Below are positions 1-9,900 of a stretch of DNA of 64,000 bases, one piece after another. The notes beneath the pieces are model-generated. The model did no database searches and had not been told where the DNA came from. It saw nothing but the letters and a program-made list of their open reading frames with translations. The DNA lies in IMG/VR virus record IMGVR_UViG_3300028844_005393, positions 16,181-80,180 of that record. One strand, given 5' to 3'. The translations under genes and the position numbers were made by a program. The DNA is from a virus. Every line of letters begins with the position of its first letter. Position 1 is the stretch's first letter.

Positions 1-8
1 CAAGTGGA

Positions 9-755
9 ATGGTTCAGTTTGATCCACCCGAGTTTCAGTCTTCCGAAATTATTACTTTACCAAGTGGTGACACACAGGCCGTGAACAAAGATATCACATC
101 AGGATTATTCAAAACAGGATACACTTATTATGTTGAATCGTTTCCAATCAACAATGATCAACTGGCTGCAACAAATCAAACAACGGAACTTAGAAATTGT
201 ATATACGATTATGCTCCTGAAGAATTAAGTGAATTTTATAATCTCAAAGAAGACGAAAAGTTATCAGTTCTTGGTGAAAAACTTAAATCTGTGTGCGATG
301 GAACTTCTCCATTTAGAAATACAACAATAATTGATCCATTTGTGCGAGATCATACATCCGGTAAAGTATTATCATATTCAAAACCTGCATTTTATGCAGT
401 TTCTCCTAATAAAATTTTAATATTAAATCAACCACCGTATCCAAATCCAAAAGACAGGTGTAATGCAGTTGATCCCACGACATGGACTCCTTGTGCATAC
501 GAAAGTCGTGAAACTCAAAATTACACCATCAACAGGACACGTGAGTTCACAGGACAAACTGAACTTGAAAAGTTTTCAAGTGATTTTCTGAAAGTAGCAT
601 GGCCTGATGCAGGAACTAATGATAGAAGTGTAATTACATTTATTATAGAATACACACAGGATAACAAAGCAGTTACTAAATTTGAATCACACGAACTTGT
701 GCGACTTGATTCGGTTGATGGATCAAACTGGAACTATGTAAGGAAATTATCATAA
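9..755 (+). CDS. Hypothetical protein, probably 5'-truncated (C-terminal part of a virion protein)
   Basis: The frame is open to the window edge; stop overlaps the next start (TAATG). No motif recognised. Confidence 0.6.
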   Translation: MVQFDPPEFQSSEIITLPSGDTQAVNKDITSGLFKTGYTYYVESFPINNDQLAATNQTTELRNCIYDYAPEELSEFYNLKEDEKLSVLGEKLKSVCDGTSPFRNTTIIDPFVRDHTSGKVLSYSKPAFYAVSPNKILILNQPPYPNPKDRCNAVDPTTWTPCAYESRETQNYTINRTREFTGQTELEKFSSDFLKVAWPDAGTNDRSVITFIIEYTQDNKAVTKFESHELVRLDSVDGSNWNYVRKLS

Positions 756-1150
756 TGGGATCATTATACGATATCGGAAACTTTAGATATAAGCACTTTA
801 CATTCTTTTCATGTAAAACAAGTGAAGACGATAAAACGTGTGACGCCGCACCACCCAACTCAGTAGATAAAAACGGAGACACCATTGATGAGGTTATAGA
901 ATTTCTTGATCGTGTATGGCCACACAAAGGTATTTTTATTGGGGACAGCTCTGAAGGTGATTATAGTTTCGTAACATATGTGCATCAAAATACACAGAAA
1001 ATTGAAGTAAAACAAATTTATGTATACAAACGTGTTCGTGCAATAAATGTATCTGAAAGTACCGCATCAGCAACTAAGTATGTATTAGTATGGGAACGTG
1101 TAATGGACCCAGTTAAGTCACTTAAACCAGGAATTACACAGAATATTTAA
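755..1150 (+). CDS. Hypothetical protein
   Basis: 131-aa ORF coupled to the upstream gene by TAATG. Confidence 0.65.
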   Translation: MGSLYDIGNFRYKHFTFFSCKTSEDDKTCDAAPPNSVDKNGDTIDEVIEFLDRVWPHKGIFIGDSSEGDYSFVTYVHQNTQKIEVKQIYVYKRVRAINVSESTASATKYVLVWERVMDPVKSLKPGITQNI

Positions 1151-1164
1151 GGAAAGAAAAGGTT

Positions 1165-3399
1165 ATGTCAAACTCAGCATTCAATATGTCAAAGTGTGGT
1201 TCAAGTGGAGGACGAGGTGGTGCTTGTAATCCAAGTGGTTGGGCCAAAATACAAGACAAAGGTGGAAACGATTTAACAATCGTATCAGATGATAAATTAC
1301 GATCAGCACTTAGAGAAATCCACACCGAATATTATGGAGATAATAAAGAAGTAGGCGGTTTGAGTGCGGTTAAAGATCACGTTGACCTTGTGTACGATTG
1401 CCCCAAAGTAGGTGATGCGATCTTTTACAATCCTGATAAAAAGGGGTGGGACTTGGCATCGGCAGAACTAGATAACTCAAACTACTTTGACACAGAAAGA
1501 TTAATTGAATCACTTGCAGTTGTAGAGAAAGTGTTAGTTGAATGTAAGCAAGGGGACACAAGTTCCACAAACCAAAGACATCCAGCACGCGTTGTGTTTT
1601 TTGGAAAAATAACATTTTCAAGCGAAACCACCAAACTACAACCTGGGATCGTATATTACCTGGCAGATACAATTGCTTTATTAAACGAAGCACAAGAAAC
1701 AAGCAAACAATCCGCAACGGGTGGTTTAGTTGACACAGGAACCTGGAAACGAGTTGGGTCAAACGTAGTACATTCTAATTATGAACCAACTATAAGTAAA
1801 CCTGTTTTCGTTGCAACAGGTGAGCACACCGCAATTGTAACAAATTACAGACCCCTAACAGGATCACCAACGGGAGGTCGTGAACTTTCCGAAGAATATA
1901 AAATCAAAGTTGACCCACATCTATATACAGAATCGGGTACCGGTAAGATATTGTACACAGGATGGAAAATCAAGGTGGAAAACACAGGTACCGTTACAAG
2001 TAGAAATAATCTTGTTGTGGAAATTGCATACAATAAACTTGAAGGTACTCAAGAAAGAAGAGAGTATTCTGATAAAAATGTTCAACTTCCAACACTCATG
2101 GGTTCTGAAATTTATGTTTATCATGTGGATATTGGTGTATTGCACAATGAAGCAGAAGCAAATGTAAAAGATGATGATACAATTGTCTCTCACAAAACCG
2201 TTGATTTCATTCCAAATCAATTTCTCGAAAACACGGGTATCGGTGAAGTTACTGTAAAACTGAAAGTGATGACACAATCAACTGCAAATATTGACTTCAA
2301 CGATAGATACAATTCACCCGAAGTTCTGCTTGCTAATCAAGATGAAATGAAAAAGAGTAGAATTGTACCAACCCTTTCGTGGACAGGTAGTTGTGCTGAC
2401 AATCTTCAAAACGAAAACGACATATACGTAAAAGGAAGTACTGTCCTTCCTGCTAACAATGTTAAATACGAAGAAGGTTCTGTATTTGAAATTAAATTGG
2501 CAGACTCCCAAATACCGGGAGTTGGAACAGATAATGTATATAAATTTAAAGTACCAATGCCATATAACATTGGATTTAAAATTGACGCACTCGTTGAAAG
2601 TAATGATGGTCAATACACAAATGATAGTGAATGGTCACCTGTAACTGGAACATTTAAACTCTCACTTCCAAGCAAGGAAATGATAGAAATAATTCCAGTT
2701 ACATCGGGTGGACAAACCGTAGTGGAGAAAACACTAAGAATTTCAGCTGTAACCCTAGACGGAAAATCACTACCATCTACACACTGGGCAAATGAATACT
2801 CGGTTGAACTTTTAAAGAACAACAGAGTTGCTTGTCTGTCTAATTCATGTTGTATAGATGAATATGAACAATTTATACCAGAAAATTCTGCAAGTATATC
2901 AAAGAACATCACCCCAATTCTTACAAACGGTGACTCAGCACTTATTAACAATAAGAACGGAGCAAGATTTTATAGTAAATCGGTTAATGCTCAGTCATGG
3001 CAAGGTTCAAAATCAAGACTTGCTATATCGTGGAAGAACTTCAGAGAAAACACTGTATTCTGTTACCCACCAGTTGACACCGGAGATGAGGCTGCGTTTA
3101 TGACAATATATGCTGACGAGGCACGTGTAATTGAGTCTATTGAGAATCACGAGAAGACAGACAACGAGTCGGCATTCTACGACCCAAGATACACACTCAT
3201 GGAAATTGGTGCACAAAATACATTAAATGGACAACTTGTAAGAGTTACTGTAAATTCCGGATCGAAAGTAGCAAACGCACCTGAAACTTGTTATGTATTC
3301 AAGTTCAAAGGTAGTTTACTTGGTACACACTTTACAATCAAGGAACTTAAACACCTTGACACATCCTTTTCGGGACGAACAATAGTTAAAAAGTCGTAA
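1165..3399 (+). CDS. Putative virion decoration/fibre protein with C-terminal SWKNFRE repeat domain
   Basis: N-terminal pattern VGDAIFY..W.LASA..LAVV..G.I..LQPG.VYYL..SKPVFVA resembles head-decoration/fibre base domains. C-terminal ~130 aa is homologous to repeats in 17231..28588 and 31653..41096. Confidence 0.6.
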   Translation: MSNSAFNMSKCGSSGGRGGACNPSGWAKIQDKGGNDLTIVSDDKLRSALREIHTEYYGDNKEVGGLSAVKDHVDLVYDCPKVGDAIFYNPDKKGWDLASAELDNSNYFDTERLIESLAVVEKVLVECKQGDTSSTNQRHPARVVFFGKITFSSETTKLQPGIVYYLADTIALLNEAQETSKQSATGGLVDTGTWKRVGSNVVHSNYEPTISKPVFVATGEHTAIVTNYRPLTGSPTGGRELSEEYKIKVDPHLYTESGTGKILYTGWKIKVENTGTVTSRNNLVVEIAYNKLEGTQERREYSDKNVQLPTLMGSEIYVYHVDIGVLHNEAEANVKDDDTIVSHKTVDFIPNQFLENTGIGEVTVKLKVMTQSTANIDFNDRYNSPEVLLANQDEMKKSRIVPTLSWTGSCADNLQNENDIYVKGSTVLPANNVKYEEGSVFEIKLADSQIPGVGTDNVYKFKVPMPYNIGFKIDALVESNDGQYTNDSEWSPVTGTFKLSLPSKEMIEIIPVTSGGQTVVEKTLRISAVTLDGKSLPSTHWANEYSVELLKNNRVACLSNSCCIDEYEQFIPENSASISKNITPILTNGDSALINNKNGARFYSKSVNAQSWQGSKSRLAISWKNFRENTVFCYPPVDTGDEAAFMTIYADEARVIESIENHEKTDNESAFYDPRYTLMEIGAQNTLNGQLVRVTVNSGSKVANAPETCYVFKFKGSLLGTHFTIKELKHLDTSFSGRTIVKKS

Positions 3400-4125
3400 A
3401 TGGATATAGGGATTATAATTCCCATATATAACTTATGCGAATACAGACAACGAAGTCTCGCATTCAATTTACACCATTTGTCTAATTCTAAATTATACAG
3501 AAATGTAGTTATAGTTGAACAACACAGTCCATCAACCAATTCCTACGACATAATCCAAAGATTTCCAGGTATAGAACACAAGATTTTTCATATAGAATCT
3601 GATGTATTTAATAAGTCTGTATTATTAAATCGTTATATAAACGATTGTACCTTTTCATATATATGGATGTTAGATGTAGATGTTTATTTAGATGTAGATT
3701 ATGTAACATCTCAAGTACCAAGTAATTCACATTTGATTAGACCTTATGAATTTATTCAAAATTTAAATGAAAAAGAATCCGATCATTTGCTAAAAACAAC
3801 ATACATAAAATTTGATGAAGTCCGAAGGGAAGTAAACAATGCGTTTGGTAAATATAGTTTCATAATCAACACAGATTTAATTAAAAGTATAGGTGGGTAT
3901 GATGAAGCATACGAAGGGTGGGGATTTCAAGACCTAGACTTAATGAGCAGATTGCCCAAAGACATAGTGCACGGATACACTAAAAATATTGCATTTCATT
4001 TATACCACCCAACTGCTTCAAGAAAAAAATATAATAAAAACAAAGAATTATTTAACAAAAAAGGAAACTTTAAAAAACTTGTCCCTAGAAAAAAGAAAAT
4101 ACTTGATAAAAATAAAAATATATAA
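3400..4125 (+). CDS. GT-A fold glycosyltransferase (GT2/GT7-like)
   Basis: N-terminal IIIP strand, FNKS.LLN, DVD (DxD) motif, GGYDEAYEGWGFQDLD, HLYH. Confidence 0.85.
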   Translation: MDIGIIIPIYNLCEYRQRSLAFNLHHLSNSKLYRNVVIVEQHSPSTNSYDIIQRFPGIEHKIFHIESDVFNKSVLLNRYINDCTFSYIWMLDVDVYLDVDYVTSQVPSNSHLIRPYEFIQNLNEKESDHLLKTTYIKFDEVRREVNNAFGKYSFIINTDLIKSIGGYDEAYEGWGFQDLDLMSRLPKDIVHGYTKNIAFHLYHPTASRKKYNKNKELFNKKGNFKKLVPRKKKILDKNKNI

Positions 4126-4131
4126 TATAAT
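4103..4131 (+). promoter_or_regulatory. Sigma70-type promoter upstream of the HD hydrolase
   Basis: TTGATA-N17-TATAAT, ending 9 nt before the ATG at 4140. Confidence 0.5.
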
Positions 4132-4139
4132 TTTATATT

Positions 4140-4811
4140 ATGAAAAAATATACCGAATCACAACTAGAAGACAACTACAAGCAATACTTAAAATTTATAG
4201 ACGACACCTTTACTGGTGAACGTAAAGAAAAAATGCTCCATATGTTTGGAACAGATGACGGATGTTTGGGACTACGTGCTTTAATATCTCCTGCGAGTAG
4301 CATTGATCGTTTTCACAATGCTTATGACGGAGGATACATTGACCATGTACTCGGTGTATGTAAAACCGTTCGTGGAGTTAAGGTACTCTTACAAAGCATT
4401 GGGGCAAATGTTGATTTTACAGATGACGAAATGATGTTCTCTGCGTTTCACCACGATCTAGGAAAACTTGGTTCACTTGACGGAGAACAATATGTTCACA
4501 ACGAAAGTGAGTGGCATAGAAAAAATCAAGGAAAACTATACAATATAAACCCAGATATACATTGGATGTCTGTTACGGATAGAAGTGTTTGGTTGCTACA
4601 ACACTTTGATATTAAAATTACCGAGAAAGAATTTTTAGCAATTAAACTTTCAGACGGAATGTACGATGAAGCAAACCCACAATACCTTAAAGCATTTTCA
4701 AAGGAGGTTGGACTTAAAACAGAATTACCACGAGTGATTCATTGGGCTGACCACATGACCTGCCTTGCAGAAAAATCAAATATGGAAGACATAATGAAGT
4801 TTGATCCTTGA
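4140..4811 (+). CDS. HD-domain phosphohydrolase
   Basis: PAS...H.AY.GG..DH, HHDLGK and terminal HWAD: the H..HD..D signature. Confidence 0.85.
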   Translation: MKKYTESQLEDNYKQYLKFIDDTFTGERKEKMLHMFGTDDGCLGLRALISPASSIDRFHNAYDGGYIDHVLGVCKTVRGVKVLLQSIGANVDFTDDEMMFSAFHHDLGKLGSLDGEQYVHNESEWHRKNQGKLYNINPDIHWMSVTDRSVWLLQHFDIKITEKEFLAIKLSDGMYDEANPQYLKAFSKEVGLKTELPRVIHWADHMTCLAEKSNMEDIMKFDP

Positions 4812-4828
4812 AAAATGAAAATATAATA

Positions 4829-4891
4829 ATATTTATCATTAGAATAATGCTCATCTGAGGTTATTCAACAAATGCTCAAAACGAGATTTGT
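4829..4891 (+). promoter_or_regulatory. ATATTTAT motif followed by twin bulged-G hairpins in the hsp20 leader
   Basis: ATATTTAT at 4829-4836; GAATAAT-G-CTC-ATCT-GAG-GTTATTC (4842-4866) and ACAAAT-G-CTC-AAAAC-GAG-ATTTGT (4868-4891). Confidence 0.55.
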
Positions 4892-4912
4892 AACTCAAAA
4901 AAGAAAAGTAAA

Positions 4913-5407
4913 ATGAAAAAGTATCAATATAAGTCCAATGGAACAGGACTAAATAAACACGTTCCAAATATGCGAGACGAATTCTTAACTCCATTTGATT
5001 CTCTGTTTGACAAAATGGTAAATCAAGCATTTCCAAATTTTGGTCAAGAATTTGGAGTTAATTTTTTTGGGAATAGTTCTTACCCACGAGTAAATGTAGC
5101 AGACCTAAGAGACGAAGTCTTGATAGAAGCAGAAATCGCAGGTCTAGGAAAAGATGATGTGTCTGTTGAATACGAAGATGGAATGCTTACCATTTCTGGA
5201 GAAAAAAAACCAGAATTAGAAAATCCTGAAATTAGGTATGTATACAAGGAACTAAAACGTTCATCTTTCAAACGTTCATTTAAAGTAGACGAGTCTACAT
5301 TGAATGTAGAAAAAATATCTGCTAAGTTTGATAACGGTATACTAAATGTTAGAATTCCTAAGAAAGAGGTAGTTGAAACTAAAGCAAAAAAAGTAAAAAT
5401 TTTGTAA
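4913..5407 (+). CDS. hsp20: Small heat-shock protein, Hsp20/alpha-crystallin family
   Basis: YPRVNV..AEIAG..KDDVSV..LTISGE..SFKRSF..ISAKFDNGILNVRIPK. Confidence 0.93.
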   Translation: MKKYQYKSNGTGLNKHVPNMRDEFLTPFDSLFDKMVNQAFPNFGQEFGVNFFGNSSYPRVNVADLRDEVLIEAEIAGLGKDDVSVEYEDGMLTISGEKKPELENPEIRYVYKELKRSSFKRSFKVDESTLNVEKISAKFDNGILNVRIPKKEVVETKAKKVKIL

Positions 5408-5435
5408 AAAAACATTAAAAACCCATTATAATTTG

Positions 5436-5465
5436 AGGAGGTAAAGAAATTTACCTCCTTTTTTT
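5436..5465 (+). terminator. Rho-independent terminator after hsp20
   Basis: AGGAGGTAAA-GAAA-TTTACCTCCT stem-loop followed by a T run. Confidence 0.85.
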
Positions 5466-5531
5466 ATAATTATATTATATTTATATTTGCTAGGGTTTGG
5501 AGAATATTTTAAAGAAAGCATATATATTATT

Positions 5532-6626
5532 ATGAAGTTATTTACTGCTATAATCGGAGGACTTGCACTTGCAGTAGCAGGTACAGCTGCGTTCTTTTCC
5601 GTTAGAGGTATTGGGTTATTATTTGCAGGTGCAGCCATTGCAGCCATGGTTATGGCAGGAGTCCTTGAGGCAGGGAAACTTGCAATGACTTCTTTTTTGT
5701 ATCGTTATTGGGAAAGAATTCCAAGAATGTTAAAATGGTATTGCACACTTGCAGTTGTAGTTTTGATTGGAATTACCTCATTGGGTATTTATGGATTTTT
5801 AAGTGATGCATACGATGACACACGATCAAGAGTTGAAATGCACGAAAATAACATAGAAACACTTAATAAAGAAATAGTAGTTATTGAAACCGAAATTGAA
5901 ACACTTAAAAACACAGATGTAACGGTAGAAGATAAAAAGACTGAAACGATTGCAGGTTTTCAAAAAATTTATGATGATTTTGTAGCAGACGGAAGAAAAA
6001 GACAAGAAGCACTTGCCAATAGAAACAAAACCGACACAGAATCAAGGGTACTGCGTAGACAACAACTAATGAATCGCCTTGCAGTATTAGATAAATCAAA
6101 AAGTGAATTGGAATCTAAACCGGGTGGGTTGTTTAGTAACAACAAAAAGAAAATAGAAGAATTAAGGATAGCACAACAACCTGAAAGAGATTCTATTGCA
6201 AAATCACTATTAGCAATAACAGAAGAAGAAACTTCCGCAACAAAATCATATAACGATGCTCTTACAAAGATTGATGATCAAATTTCAAGTGAATACGATA
6301 AATTTGTGGAAAAAGTAAATGGTCTTCGTGATACAACAAACGATTTAGATAATGTAACTATCATAGAAGACAAGTATGATAAAATAAAAGAAAACCAAGC
6401 AGAGATATTAAAAGAAAAAGAAGGAATCCGTGCAACTGATATCGGTAGTTTTCGTTTTATTGCCGAATCATTTGGAATGCCAGTAGACCAAGTTGTAAAG
6501 TGGTTTATTATTGTAATTGTTTTGGTTTTTGATCCAGTTGCAGTTGCACTTGTACTTGCATATAATATCATGGTAGGTGGAAAACTGACTCGTAACGAAG
6601 AGTTACCGAAAAAAAAAATTGGGTAG
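5532..6626 (+). CDS. Multi-pass membrane protein with a large coiled-coil loop
   Basis: ATG at 5532 preferred over TTG at 5487. Three N-terminal hydrophobic helices, a long coiled coil and a C-terminal TM segment ([14 protein letters not shown]). Ends at an A10 run followed by TAG. Confidence 0.8.
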   Translation: MKLFTAIIGGLALAVAGTAAFFSVRGIGLLFAGAAIAAMVMAGVLEAGKLAMTSFLYRYWERIPRMLKWYCTLAVVVLIGITSLGIYGFLSDAYDDTRSRVEMHENNIETLNKEIVVIETEIETLKNTDVTVEDKKTETIAGFQKIYDDFVADGRKRQEALANRNKTDTESRVLRRQQLMNRLAVLDKSKSELESKPGGLFSNNKKKIEELRIAQQPERDSIAKSLLAITEEETSATKSYNDALTKIDDQISSEYDKFVEKVNGLRDTTNDLDNVTIIEDKYDKIKENQAEILKEKEGIRATDIGSFRFIAESFGMPVDQVVKWFIIVIVLVFDPVAVALVLAYNIMVGGKLTRNEELPKKKIG

Positions 6627-7357
6627 ATAACCTACCATTTGCCGAAAATTTCCAAGAAGACGGAGATTTTATAGAAGATACCCCAACCCCAACACCAACT
6701 CCAAGTCCAGTTGTTTTAGTACCAACTCCTACTCCAACACCAACTCCGACGCCGACTCCAACTCCGTATCCAACTCCTACTGAAACACCAAATCCGACTC
6801 CAACTCCGTCTCCAACTCCTACTGAAACACCCACCCAAACACCAACACCGTCTCCAACTCCTACTCCTACTGAAACACCAACTCCTACTCCAACACCGTC
6901 TCCAACTCCTACTCCTACTGAAACACCAACTCAAACACCAACTCCTACTCCAACGCCGTCTCCAACTCCTACTCCAACGCCGTCTCCAACTCCTACTCCA
7001 ACGCCGTCTCCCACTGAAACACCTGCCCCAACTCCATCCCCAAATAAACCTAAATTCGTAAGACCAACACCAGTACCAAATCGTCAAAATTTTAATGAAA
7101 ATGTAATATCAACTCCAATGTACAATACAGAAGAACCTGAATCAAAAGGACCTTACTATGTTCCTTGGAAAAAAACATCTATGGATTTTTACAATAAAAT
7201 AAAAGAATCAGACAACGATTCTCATTACGCAAACACACGATACAAGTCTTTAAACGGGTATATAACAGGAAGTACAATTGGAAATGTTCCTGTAAAAGAC
7301 ACGAAATCTGAGGAAAAGAAAGATGATAATAGTGCAAATACTGAAGATAATAAATAA
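6617..7357 (+). CDS. Pro/Thr-rich C-terminal extension of the membrane protein, in the -1 frame
   Basis: The frame is open from 6596 to 7357 with no ATG until 7118. It reads [12 protein letters not shown]..(TP)n.. directly after the A10 run at 6609-6618. Confidence 0.65.
   Translation, partial: NWVDNLPFAENFQEDGDFIEDTPTPTPTPSPVVLVPTPTPTPTPTPTPTPYPTPTETPNPTPTPSPTPTETPTQTPTPSPTPTPTETPTPTPTPSPTPTPTETPTQTPTPTPTPSPTPTPTPSPTPTPTPSPTETPAPTPSPNKPKFVRPTPVPNRQNFNENVISTPMYNTEEPESKGPYYVPWKKTSMDFYNKIKESDNDSHYANTRYKSLNGYITGSTIGNVPVKDTKSEEKKDDNSANTEDNK
6680..7042 (+). repeat. Low-complexity (Thr/Ser-Pro)n coding repeat
   Basis: About 120 codons of CCA/ACT/CCG/TCT units. Confidence 0.9.
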
Positions 7358-7398
7358 TTTAGTTGACAATTATACTATTAACTGAGATATTTAGTCGG

Positions 7399-7683
7399 AT
7401 GAATATTGTTCTAAGTCCTTTAATAGTAGCAACTATCGCACTGATTGGTTTTATAATTATACTATTGTATATAATATATAATTTATATAAAAAAAATACC
7501 ATATATGAGAACTGGACAGAGAATACGGTTGACAAGATAAATAATCTACAATCTGATATTAAAAACATAGACGACCGTGGCATTTTTGAAAAAGATGATG
7601 AAGTTGGGTCTATATTCGAAGAAATATCTAATTTGATAAAAGATTTTGATCATGATGTAAAATCAAATAACAAGGAACTATGA
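7399..7683 (+). CDS. Small membrane-anchored hypothetical protein
   Basis: N-terminal TM helix and an IDDRGIFEKDDEVG motif; ATG at 7399. Confidence 0.7.
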   Translation: MNIVLSPLIVATIALIGFIIILLYIIYNLYKKNTIYENWTENTVDKINNLQSDIKNIDDRGIFEKDDEVGSIFEEISNLIKDFDHDVKSNNKEL

Positions 7684-8400
7684 GTGGAAACTGGTAAACG
7701 TAAACGAAAAAAGAAATCCAAAATATATTTTGGAAAAGATGCTGAAAACGCAATTATTAAATATAATCAAACTGAATGTGAGGTTGAACGGAATAAAATT
7801 TACAACGAGGGTATCTCGTATCCATTCGATAAACTTGCAGAAAATATATTAAATACATTTAAATTTTCATATTTTCAATGCAGTCACATCGAAGTTCAAC
7901 AAGAGGTAGTCAGCAATCTTGTCAGTAATATCCACAAATATAAACCTGATAACGGAAAGGCCTTTTCATATTTTAGTATAATTGCTAAAAACTTTTTGAT
8001 TCTATATAACAACGGAAATTACAGAAAATTCAAAAAACACGTAAGTGTAGATGATGACGAAACAACAAATGTTGACTTGGAATTGAGTTCTGTACCAACA
8101 AACCCCACCAATAAAAAAGAAATAACAGAGTTTTTTGGTCTAATGATTGATTTTTGGGATAATCATATAGAAAAGATATTTAAGAAAAAGAACGAACTCC
8201 AAATTGCGTATGCAGTTCTTGAGATATTCAGAAACTCAGATAGAATTGAAAACTTTAATAAAAAAGCACTGTATCTTTACATAAGAGAAATGACTAATTG
8301 TAAAACTCAAAATATTACAAAGGTTGTAAATAAAATGAAAGATATGCAAAAAAAGATACAAGTTGAATATAAAGAAACTGGATATGTAAAAAACGATTAG
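7684..8400 (+). CDS. Phage late-transcription sigma factor (T4 gp55-like)
   Basis: Sigma region 2-like segment: KLAENI..F.Y..QQEVV....IHKYKPDNGKAFSYFSIIAKN. Confidence 0.7.
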   Translation: METGKRKRKKKSKIYFGKDAENAIIKYNQTECEVERNKIYNEGISYPFDKLAENILNTFKFSYFQCSHIEVQQEVVSNLVSNIHKYKPDNGKAFSYFSIIAKNFLILYNNGNYRKFKKHVSVDDDETTNVDLELSSVPTNPTNKKEITEFFGLMIDFWDNHIEKIFKKKNELQIAYAVLEIFRNSDRIENFNKKALYLYIREMTNCKTQNITKVVNKMKDMQKKIQVEYKETGYVKND

Positions 8401-8442
8401 TAGGAAATAATATAAAAAATATGTATATTCATATTTATATTT

Positions 8443-8850
8443 ATGGATACTGATAAAGAAATTTTTGACGGAAAAACATTTGCATCACTTGCAAAGGACA
8501 TTTATTTTAATTCAACTCGTAAATCCGCACAAATAGATCAGTTAATCAAGGATTTAAGAACCATGATTAAAGATGCAGGTAGTGCAACGGTAATTGCACC
8601 GATGATAAAAGACTATATTGATGTATCTGTAAAGAATGACGATCAACTTGTTAAGTTGTCCGCAGTTTTACAAAGATTTCTAGGTGGTTCTTCGTCATCT
8701 GAAGATGAAGGAGTTGGTTCGGGACTTACTGATAGTGAGAAAGAAGAACTTTTGAAAAGTGTAAAAAAAGAGGTGGGTGAGATAACTAAGATTGATACAT
8801 CCTTAGACACCGATATTACAAAAATCAAGAAAGAGTCCGATTCACTATAA
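8443..8850 (+). CDS. Hypothetical helical protein, first gene of the baseplate operon
   Basis: 135-aa ORF preceded by a double ATATTTAT (8431-8444); coupled to the next gene by TAATG. Confidence 0.7.
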   Translation: MDTDKEIFDGKTFASLAKDIYFNSTRKSAQIDQLIKDLRTMIKDAGSATVIAPMIKDYIDVSVKNDDQLVKLSAVLQRFLGGSSSSEDEGVGSGLTDSEKEELLKSVKKEVGEITKIDTSLDTDITKIKKESDSL

Positions 8851-9899
8851 TGGCACACACCCAAACAAAACTAAATTCAAAGATTCAGAATCTAGAGAAA
8901 AAACAAGTATCTACGGTTCGTGGAGCTGAGTTATCGGGATCAGATTCATCTTTTTTTTATGAACTGGAGGCCGCAATAGTAATTGATGTAATACGAGACG
9001 AAACACATCCAATATTTTCATCATTAAATCCAGAAGTACCTGTTGTTGAACGTTCAACTTGGCCGGATACATACAACGACCCCAAGATAAAAGATTATTC
9101 ATGGATAGGTCGTGTAAGAGTCAGACTTATTAATAGTCAACAAACCACACCTGTAAGCAAACTTGACTGGGTTACTCCACTTGAAAGTGGTGTTTATGAA
9201 TATCCCCTTGTAAACGAAATAGTAATTGTTTCAACATACATGGGCAGACAATATTACACACGACGATTGAACTCAAGAAATTTTATTAATAATTGTGCTG
9301 ATTTTGCACACGAACATAGATACGGTGGACCTGGTGGTATAAATGAAACAAAAAGTCCTGGATCATTAAAAGGTGCAAGAAATTTATCTGATTTATGGCC
9401 AGCAACAAATAGATATGCTGATCCTGTTGGTAAAACATATTTGGGAAAATACTTTAAAGCAAACAATAAAATAAGACCACTTCGTCACTTCGAGGGTGAT
9501 ACCATAATACAAAGTAGATTTGGAAGTAGTGTAAGATTTGGTGCTTATGAAAACAATCCATCTGTTGATGTGGGAACTGCAAATGGATACGGAGAATCAT
9601 ATGCAGATAATTTAGGCAACCCAATGATTCTAATAAGAAACCGACAAAAAGTCACAAAGAAAGACGAAAAGTGGTTTCAATATAATATTTTAGAAGATGT
9701 AAATGAAGACGGTAGTTCTATACAAATAACTTCAGGACGAACTGTTTCAAAGTTTGTTCCAACACTTACACACAAATATGACAATGTTCCATACAGAAGA
9801 CGTGGGTGTGTTCACAAAACATACAACGGTATGGACGGAATCGCAAATAGCAACATAGGAAAACGTAGAGATATAATAGATACACGTTTTAGAAACTAA
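8850..9899 (+). CDS. Baseplate central spike, N-terminal part (gp5/VgrG OB-fold-like)
   Basis: IGRVRVR..W..PL....YP.VNE.V and EGDTIIQSRFGSSVRFG; lies upstream of gp25 and gp6. Confidence 0.65.
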   Translation: MAHTQTKLNSKIQNLEKKQVSTVRGAELSGSDSSFFYELEAAIVIDVIRDETHPIFSSLNPEVPVVERSTWPDTYNDPKIKDYSWIGRVRVRLINSQQTTPVSKLDWVTPLESGVYEYPLVNEIVIVSTYMGRQYYTRRLNSRNFINNCADFAHEHRYGGPGGINETKSPGSLKGARNLSDLWPATNRYADPVGKTYLGKYFKANNKIRPLRHFEGDTIIQSRFGSSVRFGAYENNPSVDVGTANGYGESYADNLGNPMILIRNRQKVTKKDEKWFQYNILEDVNEDGSSIQITSGRTVSKFVPTLTHKYDNVPYRRRGCVHKTYNGMDGIANSNIGKRRDIIDTRFRN

Positions 9900-9900
9900 G

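Noticed and set aside
4840-4912. CIRCE or HAIR heat-shock operator
   Set aside because: Does not match TTAGCACTC-N9-GAGTGCTAA or CTTGAGT-N7-ACTCAAG; better explained as RNA hairpins.
6568-7087. Reverse-strand ORFs rich in GV or WSRS
   Set aside because: Antisense shadows of the Pro/Thr repeat.
7363-7392. Sigma70 promoter at TTGACA 7363
   Set aside because: No convincing -10 box at 16-18 nt spacing.
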